A DNA stretch of 64,000 bases from an uncultured Planctomycetota bacterium (GCA_963752285.1 CAVVXN010000001.1:480001-544000); one strand, 5' to 3'. Counted from the stretch's first letter, positions 51,862-61,482 are shown. The notes: generated by a model not told the origin, from the letters alone. Numbers and translations: made by a program.

Positions 51862-52988
51862 CCGCCGCTCCCGGCCGCCGGGGTCGGCGCCCGCCAGACG
51901 AGGTCGAGTCCCCGGGGGGTCGTGAGGATCTCCGACACCCGCCCGGGCTCCAGCTCGGGCACCGCGCCCAGGAGCGCCCCGAGGGCCTCCTTCGTGACGC
52001 CTCCGCCGGCCGGCGCGGTCTCGGCGTCCTCCGACCGACACGCGGCCTCGAGCGGGAAGTACGCGTCGCCCTTCTCCACCGCCTTCTTCACGTCCTTCAG
52101 GACCTTCTGGGCGGCGGCCTTCGACCGCTTCACGCCGTCCGCGCCCTCGGCGCCCTTGAAGCGGACGAGGATGTGGTGGTACGGGCCCTCCCGCCCTTTC
52201 GCCTGCCGCGGCACGTGCGCCTCGCCCCCGCGCGCCCCGCGCGCGAGGATCCAGTCGAAGCCGAGCGCGAGGTAGTCGTCCTCGGGCACCTCGTGGCCGA
52301 GGCCCTCGACGGTGAAGAACGCGCACGCGCCCTTCGACCGCTTCTTCGCGAGGCGCTCGAGGTACGCCTCGACGTCGGGGATCCGCGACGCGTTCGGGTC
52401 GTCGAGCCCGAGGAACGCGCACACGCGCAGGTCCTGGTGGCGCGTGTCGGGGATCTCGGGGGCCGCGGTCGTGAGTCCGCCCGCGTAGAGGCCAGGCGCG
52501 CGGGCCAGCGTCTCGAGCGTCATCGTTCCGCCGGCGGAGTGACCCCAGAGGATCACGCGGTCCTTCGCGATCGGCCGCGTCTCGACCACGTGCTTCGTGA
52601 GGGCGACCACGGTGTCCACGTCCTCGGCGCCCCACATGAAGCCCGGGCGCCCCTCGGCCACCACGGCCTCGTGTCCGGCCACCACGAGGCACCACGCGCC
52701 GCGCGCGCCGAGGAGGTTCGACATCGCGAAGTTCTTGGGATTGCCGCCCGCGCCGTGGAGCCCTACCACGAGGTCGGCCGGCTTCCCGGACCCCGCCCCG
52801 TCCGCCTCCCGCCCGGGAGGGGCCATCAGCCAGCCCTGGGCCGTGGGCGCGCCCTCGATCTCCAGGTGGGTCCACTCGCCGTCGGGGGCCTCGACGACGA
52901 CCACCTTCGGCTCGCCTCGGGCCGCGGCCCAAGAGCCGGACAGGAGGGCGAGGAGGGCGAGGCCGAGGAGGAGGACGGGCGGGCGCAC
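51858..52988 (-). CDS. Secreted alpha/beta-hydrolase fused to a parvulin (PpiC)-like domain
   Basis: Signal peptide; LHGAGG, GHSAGG nucleophile elbow, D.., GLGH; then HHILVRFKGA..RSED..GG..PGRVSEILTTPRGLDLV. Confidence 0.7.
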   Translation of the reverse strand: MRPPVLLLGLALLALLSGSWAAARGEPKVVVVEAPDGEWTHLEIEGAPTAQGWLMAPPGREADGAGSGKPADLVVGLHGAGGNPKNFAMSNLLGARGAWCLVVAGHEAVVAEGRPGFMWGAEDVDTVVALTKHVVETRPIAKDRVILWGHSAGGTMTLETLARAPGLYAGGLTTAAPEIPDTRHQDLRVCAFLGLDDPNASRIPDVEAYLERLAKKRSKGACAFFTVEGLGHEVPEDDYLALGFDWILARGARGGEAHVPRQAKGREGPYHHILVRFKGAEGADGVKRSKAAAQKVLKDVKKAVEKGDAYFPLEAACRSEDAETAPAGGGVTKEALGALLGAVPELEPGRVSEILTTPRGLDLVWRAPTPAAGSGG

Positions 52989-53020
52989 CGCGCCCGATCA
53001 TACGTCCCGGCCGGTCGGGG

Positions 53021-53926
53021 TCAGAGGGTCGCCAGGAGGTCCTTCGCCTTCGCCTCGAGGTCCGTGCCCTTGAGCTTCGAGGCGAGGCGCCTCAGCTCGC
53101 TCTTCACGGCGATCGGGTCGCTCGCGGCCTTCGTGCGGATCTCCTCGATCTTCGCGTCGGCCACCGCCAGGATGTCGGTCTTGGCCTTCTCGACGTGGGC
53201 CGTGACGTCCTCCGGCGCATCCTTCACCTTCGAGGTGGCGTGCTGGAGGATCTGGACGGCCTTCGCGTAGTCCTCCTTGGCCGCCTTGGCCCAGGCGTCG
53301 TCCTCGGCCTCGAGGATCTTCTGCCAGGCCTTGGGCGAGAAGCCCTCGCCGTGCTCCTTCTGGAGCGACTTCGTCACCTCCTCGATGTCCTCCATGATCG
53401 ACTTCGCGCTGTGCCCGCCGCCCTCGTAGCGCTTGAGCTCGGTCAGGGTGAAGGGGTCCACGAGGCAGGTGAAGGGGATCTTGCCGGTGTCGTTGTAGGT
53501 CCCGGCCTTGCTCGACGCGAGCGCGAGCATCTCGGCCGGGGTGAGTCCCGGGAACTCCACGAGGCACTCGACCTCCTGGCCCCGGGCGGTCGTCTTGTAC
53601 GTGGCGGCCTTCGGGCTCTTCTCGTCGATGCCCTCCTGGAGACGCTCGAGCGCGATCACCTCGACCGTGTGCTCGCGCGCGAAGGCGATGTACTTGTCGT
53701 TGCACATCAGGGAGGCGTGCATCCCCCAGCACGGTCCGCAGTAGAAGCCGTGGTTGTGGACCACGATCGGAACGTGGAGGAGCTTGGCCTCGGCGACCGC
53801 GTCGTCCCAGGAGTGCGCGAGCCGGACGCAGTCTACGGGCTCGCCCTCCTTCGCGGCCGCGGCCGACGAGACGCCGGCCACGACGGCGAACGCGAGGAGC
53901 ATGGCACAGACGGGGCGGATGGACAT
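53021..53926 (-). CDS. Secreted thioredoxin-fold protein (CGPC) with helical C-terminus
   Basis: ATG 53926 with AAGGGAG; signal peptide; WDDAVAEAKLLHVPIVV..YCGPC; cis-Pro-like KIPFT. Confidence 0.7.
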   Translation of the reverse strand: MSIRPVCAMLLAFAVVAGVSSAAAAKEGEPVDCVRLAHSWDDAVAEAKLLHVPIVVHNHGFYCGPCWGMHASLMCNDKYIAFAREHTVEVIALERLQEGIDEKSPKAATYKTTARGQEVECLVEFPGLTPAEMLALASSKAGTYNDTGKIPFTCLVDPFTLTELKRYEGGGHSAKSIMEDIEEVTKSLQKEHGEGFSPKAWQKILEAEDDAWAKAAKEDYAKAVQILQHATSKVKDAPEDVTAHVEKAKTDILAVADAKIEEIRTKAASDPIAVKSELRRLASKLKGTDLEAKAKDLLATL

Positions 53927-54216
53927 GCCGGAGACTCCCTTCGAGCGCGCGATCTCTGCGCGCACGCACTTGATTTCTACCACCGCGTCGGACCTCGGCC
54001 ACCGGGCGAACGGCCCCCGGATCGCGTCGGGCGGCCCCGATCGTCCGTGGAGAGGGGGGTCGTGCTCCCTCTTCCCGATGGACCGCGCGCCGCCGATCGT
54101 CGCTCTCGATGCGCGCGGTACCCTCGGGGCCCTCGCGCTCCCCCGCCCGGCCGGGGCGGGGACCGGGAGGACGAGGCAGGTACGCTGGCCGCCCTCGGGC
54201 CGGCCGGGGAGGACGG

Positions 54217-55584
54217 ATGAGCCGCATCTACGACTCGATCCTCGAGGCGATCGGGAACACCCCCCTGGTGCGTCTCCGCCGGATCGGCCGCTCGACCGGC
54301 TGCGAGATCCTCGTCAAGTGCGAGTTCATGAACGCCGGCGGCTCGGTCAAGGACCGCATCGGCCGGCGGATGGTCGAGGTGGCGCAGGCCTCGGGGCGCA
54401 TCCGCCCCGGCGACACCCTGATCGAGCCGACGAGCGGGAACACCGGGATCGGCATGGCCCTCGCGGCGGCGGTCTACGGTTACCGCATGATCGTCACGAT
54501 GCCCGAGAAGATGAGCCGCGAGAAGCAGGTCGTGCTCGAGGCGCTCGGCGCGGAGATCATCCGGACGCCGACCGAGGCGGCGTGGGACGCGCCGGAGAGC
54601 CACATCGGCGTGGCGAAAGAGCTCCAGCGGATCCTCCCGAACGCGCACATCCTCGACCAGTACACGAACCCGGACAACCCGCTCGCGCACTACGAGGGGA
54701 CCGGTCAGGAGATCCTCGATCAGACGGGGGGCGCGCTCGACTTCCTCGTCCTGACCGCCGGCACCGGCGGGACGATCACCGGTGCGGCGCGGATGGTGAA
54801 GGAGCACGTGCCCACCTGCCGCATCGTCGGCGTGGACCCGGTGGGGTCGATCCTCGCGGGGCCCGGTCCGATCGGCGCGTACAAGGTCGAGGGGATCGGC
54901 TACGACTTCGTCCCGGACGTCCTCGACCAGGGCGTGGTGGACGAGTGGATCAAGACCGAGGACCGCGAGTCGTTCCTCATGGCGCGCCGCCTGATCCGCC
55001 AGGAGGCGATGCTCTGCGGCGGGAGCAGCGGCGCCGCCGTGTGGGCCGCGGTCGAGATCGCCCGGCGCCACGGTCCCGGGAAGCGCATCGTGACGATGGC
55101 CTGCGACTCCGTCCGCAACTACATGACGAAGTTCCTCGACGACCGCTGGATGCGCGAGAACGGCTTCACGGAGCGAACGTGGGAGACCGCGACGCTCGGC
55201 GACGTCCTCCGCTCGGCGCCCCGCCGCCCGCTGGTGACGGCCGGGAGCGGCGAGCCGGTGGGGGCGGTCGTGGAGCGCATGAAGAAGGAGGCGGTCAGCC
55301 AGGTCCCGGTCGTGGACGACGGCCACCTGGTCGGGATCGTGACCGAGACCGACCTGCTCCGGGGTCTCCTCGAGGGGCGCGCGCGGCCCGAGCAGCGGGT
55401 GGCCGAGGTGATGTTCCGCGGCGTGCGCACGGTCCCCGAGCACGAGGACGCCGGGGTGCTCAACGATCTCTTCGCCGATGGGTACGTCGCGCTGGTCGTG
55501 GACGAGGAGGAGGGCCTCGCCGGGATCCTGACGCGGCTCGACCTGGTCGAGTACCTGACGCGCACGTCCGGCTCGGGTCGGTAG
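54217..55584 (+). CDS. cbs: Cystathionine beta-synthase (PLP domain plus CBS pair)
   Basis: IGNTPLV, GGSVKDRIG, EPTSGNTGIG, MPEKMSREK, DQYTNPDNPLAHY, YKVEGIGYDF, DSVRNYMTKF; C-terminal CBS domains. Confidence 0.92.
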   Translation: MSRIYDSILEAIGNTPLVRLRRIGRSTGCEILVKCEFMNAGGSVKDRIGRRMVEVAQASGRIRPGDTLIEPTSGNTGIGMALAAAVYGYRMIVTMPEKMSREKQVVLEALGAEIIRTPTEAAWDAPESHIGVAKELQRILPNAHILDQYTNPDNPLAHYEGTGQEILDQTGGALDFLVLTAGTGGTITGAARMVKEHVPTCRIVGVDPVGSILAGPGPIGAYKVEGIGYDFVPDVLDQGVVDEWIKTEDRESFLMARRLIRQEAMLCGGSSGAAVWAAVEIARRHGPGKRIVTMACDSVRNYMTKFLDDRWMRENGFTERTWETATLGDVLRSAPRRPLVTAGSGEPVGAVVERMKKEAVSQVPVVDDGHLVGIVTETDLLRGLLEGRARPEQRVAEVMFRGVRTVPEHEDAGVLNDLFADGYVALVVDEEEGLAGILTRLDLVEYLTRTSGSGR

Positions 55585-55660
55585 CGCGTCGCCGGATGGA
55601 CGCCGGCTCGGCCTGTGACGGAATGGGCCGAAGCCCCGGACTCGATTCCTCCGCCGGCTC

Positions 55661-57028
55661 TCAGGCCACCGGGCGGTGGATGTCGTAGCGCTTGATCTTC
55701 TCGTAGAGCGTCGAGCGGTCGATGCCGAGGATCTCGGCCGCGGCCTTCACGTTCCCCTCCGTGCGCTCGAGCGTGGTCTCGATCGCGCGGCGCTCGATGT
55801 CCCTGAGGCTCATGTTGGCGGGCGGCGCCCAGCCCGTGCGCTCCTCCTGGCGGCGCTTGAGGAACGAGAAGTCGTCCTCGGTCAGGATGCGGTCCCGCGC
55901 GATCACGATGGCGCGTTCGATGGCGTTCACGAGCTCGCGCACGTTGCCCGGCCAGTCGTACGAGGCGAGGAGACGCAGCGCGGGTTCCGAGATGTCGGTC
56001 ACCTCCTTGCCGAGCTCCGCGGAGATCCGCTCGACGGAGCTGCGCGCCAGGAGCGGGATGTCCTCCACGCGCTCGCGAAGCGGCGGGATGTGGATGGTGA
56101 TCACGTTCAGTCGGTAGAAGAGGTCGTCACGGAACTTGCCCTCGCGTACGGCCTCCTGCAGGTTCACGTTCGAGGCGGCCACGACGCGGACGTCCACCTC
56201 GATCTCGTCGTTGCCCCCGACGCGGCAGAAGCGGCGCTCCTGCAGCACCCGCAGCAGCTCCACCTGGAGCTTCGGCGAGATGTCCCCGATCTCGTCGAGG
56301 AAGATCGTGCCTCCGTTCGCCTGCTCGAACTTCCCCTTGCGCTGCCCGACGGCGCCCGTGAAGGCCCCCTTCTCGTGGCCGAAGAGCTCCGACTCGAGCA
56401 GGGTCTCGGCGAGCGCGGTGCAGGGGACGGCGACGAACGGCGCGTCCTTTCGTTCGCTCGAGGCGTGGATCGCGCGGGCCACCATCTCCTTGCCCGTCCC
56501 GCTCTCGCCCTGGATGAGCACGGTGCTCCGGAGACCGCCGACGTTCTCGACGAGGGCGAAGATCTCGTGCATCGTCGCGCTCTTGCTCACCATGTCGTGA
56601 AAGGTCCACTGTTTGGCGAGTCGCTTCCGGAGCAGGAGGTTCTCCCGCTGGAGGTTCTTGATCCGGAGGATCCGGTCCACGATGAGGGAGAGCTCGTTCG
56701 GGTTGCAGGGCTTGACGATGTACTCCTGCGCGCCCTCCTTGATGGCCGTCACCGCCGTGTCCACCGTCGCGTAGGCCGTCACGATCACGATCGCCGCGTC
56801 CGGCTGCATCGTGCGGATCTCGCGCATCGTCTCGATGCCGTCCATTCCGGGGGGCATCTTGAGGTCGAGGAAGTACACGACGTACTCGCGGGCCCGCGCC
56901 TTCTCGACCGCCTCCTCGCCCGAGGCCGCGGTCTCGACGGCGTGGCCGTCCTCGCTCAGCCAGACGGCGATGGACTCGCGTTGGACCGGCTCGTCGTCCA
57001 CGACCAGGATGCGGGCTCTCGTGTTCAT
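55661..57028 (-). CDS. NtrC-family sigma54 response regulator (REC-AAA+-HTH)
   Basis: VVDDE, DLKMP, GESGTGKE, ELFGHEKGAFTGA, WPGNVREL, LGIDRSTLYEK. Confidence 0.95.
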   Translation of the reverse strand: MNTRARILVVDDEPVQRESIAVWLSEDGHAVETAASGEEAVEKARAREYVVYFLDLKMPPGMDGIETMREIRTMQPDAAIVIVTAYATVDTAVTAIKEGAQEYIVKPCNPNELSLIVDRILRIKNLQRENLLLRKRLAKQWTFHDMVSKSATMHEIFALVENVGGLRSTVLIQGESGTGKEMVARAIHASSERKDAPFVAVPCTALAETLLESELFGHEKGAFTGAVGQRKGKFEQANGGTIFLDEIGDISPKLQVELLRVLQERRFCRVGGNDEIEVDVRVVAASNVNLQEAVREGKFRDDLFYRLNVITIHIPPLRERVEDIPLLARSSVERISAELGKEVTDISEPALRLLASYDWPGNVRELVNAIERAIVIARDRILTEDDFSFLKRRQEERTGWAPPANMSLRDIERRAIETTLERTEGNVKAAAEILGIDRSTLYEKIKRYDIHRPVA

Positions 57029-57041
57029 GGTGCGCTCGGTT

Positions 57042-58709
57042 TCATGGTGCGCTCCTCTCGGGGCCCGGCGGTTCGGGCGGGGCCGGTGCGGCCGGCTCCG
57101 GCGGCGCCGCGCGCTTGAGCGAGACGGGATGGAGCGGCAGCCGGACGGTGAACGTGGCGCCGTTCCCGAGCTCGCTCCTCACGCTCAGCCGCCCGCCGTG
57201 GGCCTGCACGATCCCGTAGGCGACCGACAGCCCCAGCCCGACGCCCTTCGCGCCCTGCTTCGTGGAGAAGAACGGGTCGAAGATCCGGGAGACGATGTCC
57301 GCGGCGATGCCCGGGCCCGAGTCCTTGACCTCGAGCAGGACCATGTCGGAATCGACGTCGAGCCCCGTCGAGACGGCGAGGCGCCCGCCGTCCTTCATCG
57401 CCTCGACGGCGTTCAGCGCGAGGTTCATGACGACCTGCTCGATCTGCGAGGCGTCGCAGGGGACGGGCGGGAGGCCGGGGGCGAGCGAGAGGACGAGCTC
57501 GATCCGGGAGAGCTCCACGCGGTGCTCCACGATCTCGAGCGTGACCTCGACGATCTGGTTCAGGTCGGCGTGCGCGCGCTGCGGCGTGGAGCGTCGCGAG
57601 AAGGCGAGCAGGTCGCGCACGATCTTGCCCGCGCGCGCGGACTCGTCGGCGATCTGGCCGAGGTGGCGCCGGAACGCCGGCAGGCGGTCCGCGGGGACCC
57701 CGTCCTCGCCGAGGATCCGCTGGAGGAACATCGCCAGGTTGTGGACCGCCGAGATGGGGTTGTTGACCTCGTGGGCGACGCTCGCCGAGAGCTGTCCGAG
57801 GGAGGCCAAGCGGTCGCTCTGGACCAGCGCGGCCTGCGCGACCTCGAGCTTTCGGGTGCGCACCTCGACCTCCTGCTCGAGCCTGTCGGTGAAGCGTGCG
57901 TTCGCGTCCCGCGCTTCGCGCAGGCGTTCCCGCATCGTCTCGAACGACGCCGCCAGGTCGCCGAGCTCGGTGTGGGTCCGGACCCGGATCGGGTGGTCGA
58001 GGTCTTGCGCCGCCACCCTCCGCGTGCTCTCGATGAGGTCGCGGATCGGCCGCGCGACGAACCGCGACACGAAGAAGGTGATCAGCGCTCCGATCACCAG
58101 CACCTTGAGCACCGCGAGCCCCGCGGCTCGCGCCTGCATGTTCGAGAGCTCCTGGTCGAGATGGCCGAGGTCGAGGGCCACGTCGAGCACGCCGAGCACC
58201 CGGTGCCGCGGGTCGTGGGCGTGGCACGCCGTCGTGCTGCACGAGGGCTCGTTGAAGAAGGCCGTGACCATGGCGATCACGCGGTGCCCGTCGGGGGCGT
58301 CGAAGAACCGCGCGCGGCGTTCCGGGGCGATCTGGACCTCGGGCGGGTTCGTGCGGTGGCACACCTGGCAGGCGTCCGACTCGAGCCCGGCCGTCGGGGC
58401 GACCACGGGGTCCGTCGAGTAGGTGACGCGCCCCGTCCGGTTGAAGAGGCGGATCGAGCGGACCCCGTGGCGCGTCGCGATGGCGCGCATCACGTCGTAC
58501 GCGTCCTCCTTGCGGCCCGCCTGCATCGCGTGCCAGGTGGCGCTCGTGATGCTCCGGGAGAGCTGGTCCGCGGCCTGGATCTTCTCCTCGACGACCTGCC
58601 GCTCCAGCTCCGTGGCGCTCATCCAGGCCGAGAACCCGCACTCGATGGCCACGAAGAGGGTGAGAGCCAGGATCAGTCTCGGGGCGAGCCGGCGCGAGAA
58701 CCACCTCAT
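57042..58709 (-). CDS. Sensor histidine kinase with periplasmic heme-c motifs and HAMP domain
   Basis: ATG 58709; two TMs flank CQVCH and CSTTACH; HAMP; H-box AHEVNNP; N, G1 (DSGPGI), F and G2 (GVGLGL) boxes. Confidence 0.9.
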   Translation of the reverse strand: MRWFSRRLAPRLILALTLFVAIECGFSAWMSATELERQVVEEKIQAADQLSRSITSATWHAMQAGRKEDAYDVMRAIATRHGVRSIRLFNRTGRVTYSTDPVVAPTAGLESDACQVCHRTNPPEVQIAPERRARFFDAPDGHRVIAMVTAFFNEPSCSTTACHAHDPRHRVLGVLDVALDLGHLDQELSNMQARAAGLAVLKVLVIGALITFFVSRFVARPIRDLIESTRRVAAQDLDHPIRVRTHTELGDLAASFETMRERLREARDANARFTDRLEQEVEVRTRKLEVAQAALVQSDRLASLGQLSASVAHEVNNPISAVHNLAMFLQRILGEDGVPADRLPAFRRHLGQIADESARAGKIVRDLLAFSRRSTPQRAHADLNQIVEVTLEIVEHRVELSRIELVLSLAPGLPPVPCDASQIEQVVMNLALNAVEAMKDGGRLAVSTGLDVDSDMVLLEVKDSGPGIAADIVSRIFDPFFSTKQGAKGVGLGLSVAYGIVQAHGGRLSVRSELGNGATFTVRLPLHPVSLKRAAPPEPAAPAPPEPPGPERSAP

Positions 58710-58916
58710 CGTCCGTCCGTCCCGCCTGCGCTTCCGAGGGGTCGGCGCGATCGCTGCATGGCTCGCTCTTGGGGAGCGCGCGCGGCGCGGTCCCGGTTGC
58801 CACATCGTACCCGCGGCCGTGTCGTGAGCCGTCTCGCGACGCGGTGCTCCGTGGGATTCAGTCGAGGTAAGCCCTTCGGACGCAAACGAACGTCACCCTC
58901 CTCGCGACGCGCCGCT

Positions 58917-58952
58917 GTCGGCGAATCCGACCCGCGCGTCTGGGATTCCGGC
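58917..58952. promoter_or_regulatory. Tandem dyad sites, candidate activator binding sites
   Basis: GTCGG-CGAAT-CCGAC (58917-58931) and an 11/15 copy GTCTG-GGATT-CCGGC (58938-58952), 21 bp apart and upstream of the sigma54 motif. Confidence 0.45.
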
Positions 58953-59052
58953 ACCGCCGCGCGCGGTCCACGACCGGGTGCCGGTGCGCCTGCCGACGCA
59001 TGTGTCGTGGGTGCCACGAGATGCGTCGATGTGCGCGCGGCGAACGCCCGCG

Positions 59053-59069
59053 GGGCACGGGTCGTGCCG
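59053..59069. promoter_or_regulatory. Candidate sigma54 promoter (palindromic, readable on both strands)
   Basis: Plus strand GGGCAC-GGGTC-GTGC; minus strand CGGCAC-GACCC-GTGC; both GG-N10-GC. Confidence 0.55.
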
Positions 59070-59124
59070 GTGCGAGGGTCGGGAAGGGCACAACGAGCCC
59101 TTCCCTCCGACCCGGAGAGCCGCC

Positions 59125-59379
59125 ATGCACGTCATCGCCGCCTCGCTCGACGCGCTCCTGATCCTGAACGTGGTGCTCGCGGCGCTCGTCGCGGGCGCCG
59201 TCGTGAGCGTCGCCGTCGCCGTCGCGCTCGACCTCGCGGAGCGCCGCCGGTGGCGGGTGATGGTCCCGCCGTGCTGGCCACCCCCCGGCGTGGACCCACG
59301 TGACGCGTACGCCGACGAGCTCCGGCGGCCGCCGACCCGTTCCGGGCGGGCCCCGAGCCACGGAGGAGGGAAGCGATGA
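59125..59379 (+). CDS. Small membrane protein (84 aa), first gene of the hybAB-like operon
   Basis: GGAG RBS; one long hydrophobic helix; the stop overlaps the next start (ATGA). Confidence 0.55.
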   Translation: MHVIAASLDALLILNVVLAALVAGAVVSVAVAVALDLAERRRWRVMVPPCWPPPGVDPRDAYADELRRPPTRSGRAPSHGGGKR

Positions 59380-60197
59380 GTCAAGAAACCGCCACGGCGA
59401 GCGCCCAGAGCCACGGGCTGCTCTTCGACATGGTGCGGTGCGCCGGATGCCGGAAGTGCATCGGCGCGTGCCTCGAGAAGCAGGGGTTCCCCGGCGATCC
59501 GAAGGACGTGAAGGAACTCTCCGCCCACGCCTACACCGCGATGACCGACTTCGACGACCACCATCTCCGGAACATGTGCCGGCACTGCCTCGTGCCCTCG
59601 TGCGCGAGCGTCTGCCCGGTCGGCGCGCTCCAGAAGACCGCCGAGGGCCCGGTGACCTACGACAAGGACAAGTGCATCGGGTGTCGCTACTGCATGATCG
59701 CGTGCCCGTTCAACATCCCGCGGTACGAGTGGAACGAGCCCGTTCCCGCGGTCCGCAAGTGCGACATGTGCATCGACCGGATCCGCAAAGGCGAGGTGCC
59801 GGCGTGCGCGGCGGCCTGCCCCTACGAGGCGACGGTGTTCGGCACCCGCGAGGAGCTCCTCGAGATGGCGCACGCGCGCATCGAGGAGGACCCGGATGAG
59901 TACTACGACCACGTCTACGGCGAGCACGAGATCGGCGGGACGTCGGTGCTCTTCCTGGCGCCGAAGCCCGAGCCGGCGATCGGATACAAGCCGATCCTCG
60001 GCGACAAGCCGCTGCCGGGACTCACGATGAAGCAGCTCGACCGGCTCCCCGCGATCATCGTCGGGGGGAGCGCGGCGATGCTCGCGATCTGGTGGATCAC
60101 GAACCGACGCGACGAGGTTCGCGCCTGGGAGGCCAGCCGGTCCGACGAGGCGGGCTGGCGTCCGATCGACGGGAGGAACGGCCATGACCGCGCCTAG
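59376..60197 (+). CDS. 4x[4Fe-4S] electron-transfer subunit, HybA/FdnH-like
   Basis: CAGCRKCIGAC, CRHCLVPSCASVCP, CIGCRYCMIACP, CDMC..PACAAACP; HVYGEHEIGGTSVLFL; C-terminal TM; no Tat signal. Confidence 0.9.
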   Translation: MSQETATASAQSHGLLFDMVRCAGCRKCIGACLEKQGFPGDPKDVKELSAHAYTAMTDFDDHHLRNMCRHCLVPSCASVCPVGALQKTAEGPVTYDKDKCIGCRYCMIACPFNIPRYEWNEPVPAVRKCDMCIDRIRKGEVPACAAACPYEATVFGTREELLEMAHARIEEDPDEYYDHVYGEHEIGGTSVLFLAPKPEPAIGYKPILGDKPLPGLTMKQLDRLPAIIVGGSAAMLAIWWITNRRDEVRAWEASRSDEAGWRPIDGRNGHDRA

Positions 60198-61455
60198 CGT
60201 TCGCGAGAAGCCCTACCGGCTGAGCTTCTGGAAGGGCATGTTCTTCGTCATCGTGGCCGTGGGCCTCGGCGCGACGATCGTGCGCATGATCGAGGGGCTG
60301 GGGGCCGTCACGAACCTCTCCGACAAGTACCCGTGGGGGCTCTGGAAGGCCTTCAACGTCCTCGTGGCGATCGGCCTCGGGGGGGCCGGGTTCACGATCA
60401 TGGGCACGGTGTACGTGTTCAACGCGCGCCGGTACCGTGCGATCGTGAGGCCGGTCGTGCTGATGGCCTTCCTGGCGTACCTGAGCGCGTCCTTCTCGCT
60501 CTTCCTCGACATCGGGAAGCCCTGGGCGATCTGGCACCCGATCGTCATGTGGAACCCCCACTCGGTCCTCTTCGAGGTCGCGTGGTGCCTGATGCTCTAC
60601 ACGTGCGTGCTCACCTTGGAGGGGTCGGGCATGCTCTTCGAGCGGTGGAAGTGGCACCGGATGGCGCGCATCCAGCACGCGGTGACGCTACCGATCGTGA
60701 TCCTGGGCGTCGTGCTCTCCACGCTGCACCAGTCGTCGCTCGGCGCGCTCTTCCTCATCGTTCCCGGGAAGCTCCACGGGCTCTGGTACACGGAGCTGCT
60801 GCCGCTCCTCTTCTTCATCTCCGCGATCTGCATGGGACTGGCCATGGTGGTGGTCCTCGCCCGTCTGGCCACGCGGGGGCTCGGGCACGCGATCGACCCG
60901 ACGGTGCTCGGGCGTCTGGCTCGGATCCTCGTCGCGATGCTCTGGGTCTACGGCGTGACGCGCGTCTACGACCTGGGCGTGAAGGGCAACCTGCCGCTCG
61001 CGTTCCGCTTCGACTACGAGTCCGTCATGTTCCTCGTCGAGTTCGCGCTCGGCGTGGTCCTGCCCGCGGTGCTCCTGACGTTCCCGAAGATCCGGACCAG
61101 CGCGAAGGGACTCTACGCGAGCGGCGTCCTCGTGATCTTCGGCTTCATCGCGAACCGGCTCAACGTGAGCATCACCGGGTTCGAGGCGGCGCAGGGCGGA
61201 CACTACGTCCCCGCGTGGCCCGAGATGTTCGTCACCCTGATGGTCGTCGCGCTCTGCTTCGGCGCCTACACCTTCGGCGCGCGGTACCTGGACGTGTTCG
61301 CCTCGAACGGGCACGACCACGGGCGAAGCCCGCTCGGCCCGCACGGCGGCGGGGACCGGCGCGGCCGGGCGCGGCCGCCGGCGCGCGTCGAGGCCGACAT
61401 CGCCCCCTGGGAGCGCCGGATCCGCGGCGCGGTGCCGGATCCGCGTCGCAACTGA
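60184..61455 (+). CDS. NrfD/PsrC-family membrane subunit, HybB-like
   Basis: GLGAVTNLSDKYPWGLW, DIGKPW, SVLFEVAWC, LSTLHQSSLG, NRLNV; about 10 TMs. Confidence 0.9.
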   Translation: MTAPSVREKPYRLSFWKGMFFVIVAVGLGATIVRMIEGLGAVTNLSDKYPWGLWKAFNVLVAIGLGGAGFTIMGTVYVFNARRYRAIVRPVVLMAFLAYLSASFSLFLDIGKPWAIWHPIVMWNPHSVLFEVAWCLMLYTCVLTLEGSGMLFERWKWHRMARIQHAVTLPIVILGVVLSTLHQSSLGALFLIVPGKLHGLWYTELLPLLFFISAICMGLAMVVVLARLATRGLGHAIDPTVLGRLARILVAMLWVYGVTRVYDLGVKGNLPLAFRFDYESVMFLVEFALGVVLPAVLLTFPKIRTSAKGLYASGVLVIFGFIANRLNVSITGFEAAQGGHYVPAWPEMFVTLMVVALCFGAYTFGARYLDVFASNGHDHGRSPLGPHGGGDRRGRARPPARVEADIAPWERRIRGAVPDPRRN

Positions 61456-61482
61456 GGGGGGGCTCGCCCTCCGGCCGACGCG

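Noticed and set aside
53710..53745. Hairpin after the first Cys codon of CGPC as a relic SECIS
   Set aside because: The CGUGC/GCACG stem places its loop only about 9 nt after the codon, lacks the AGU loop seen in the two candidates, and the codon is TGC.
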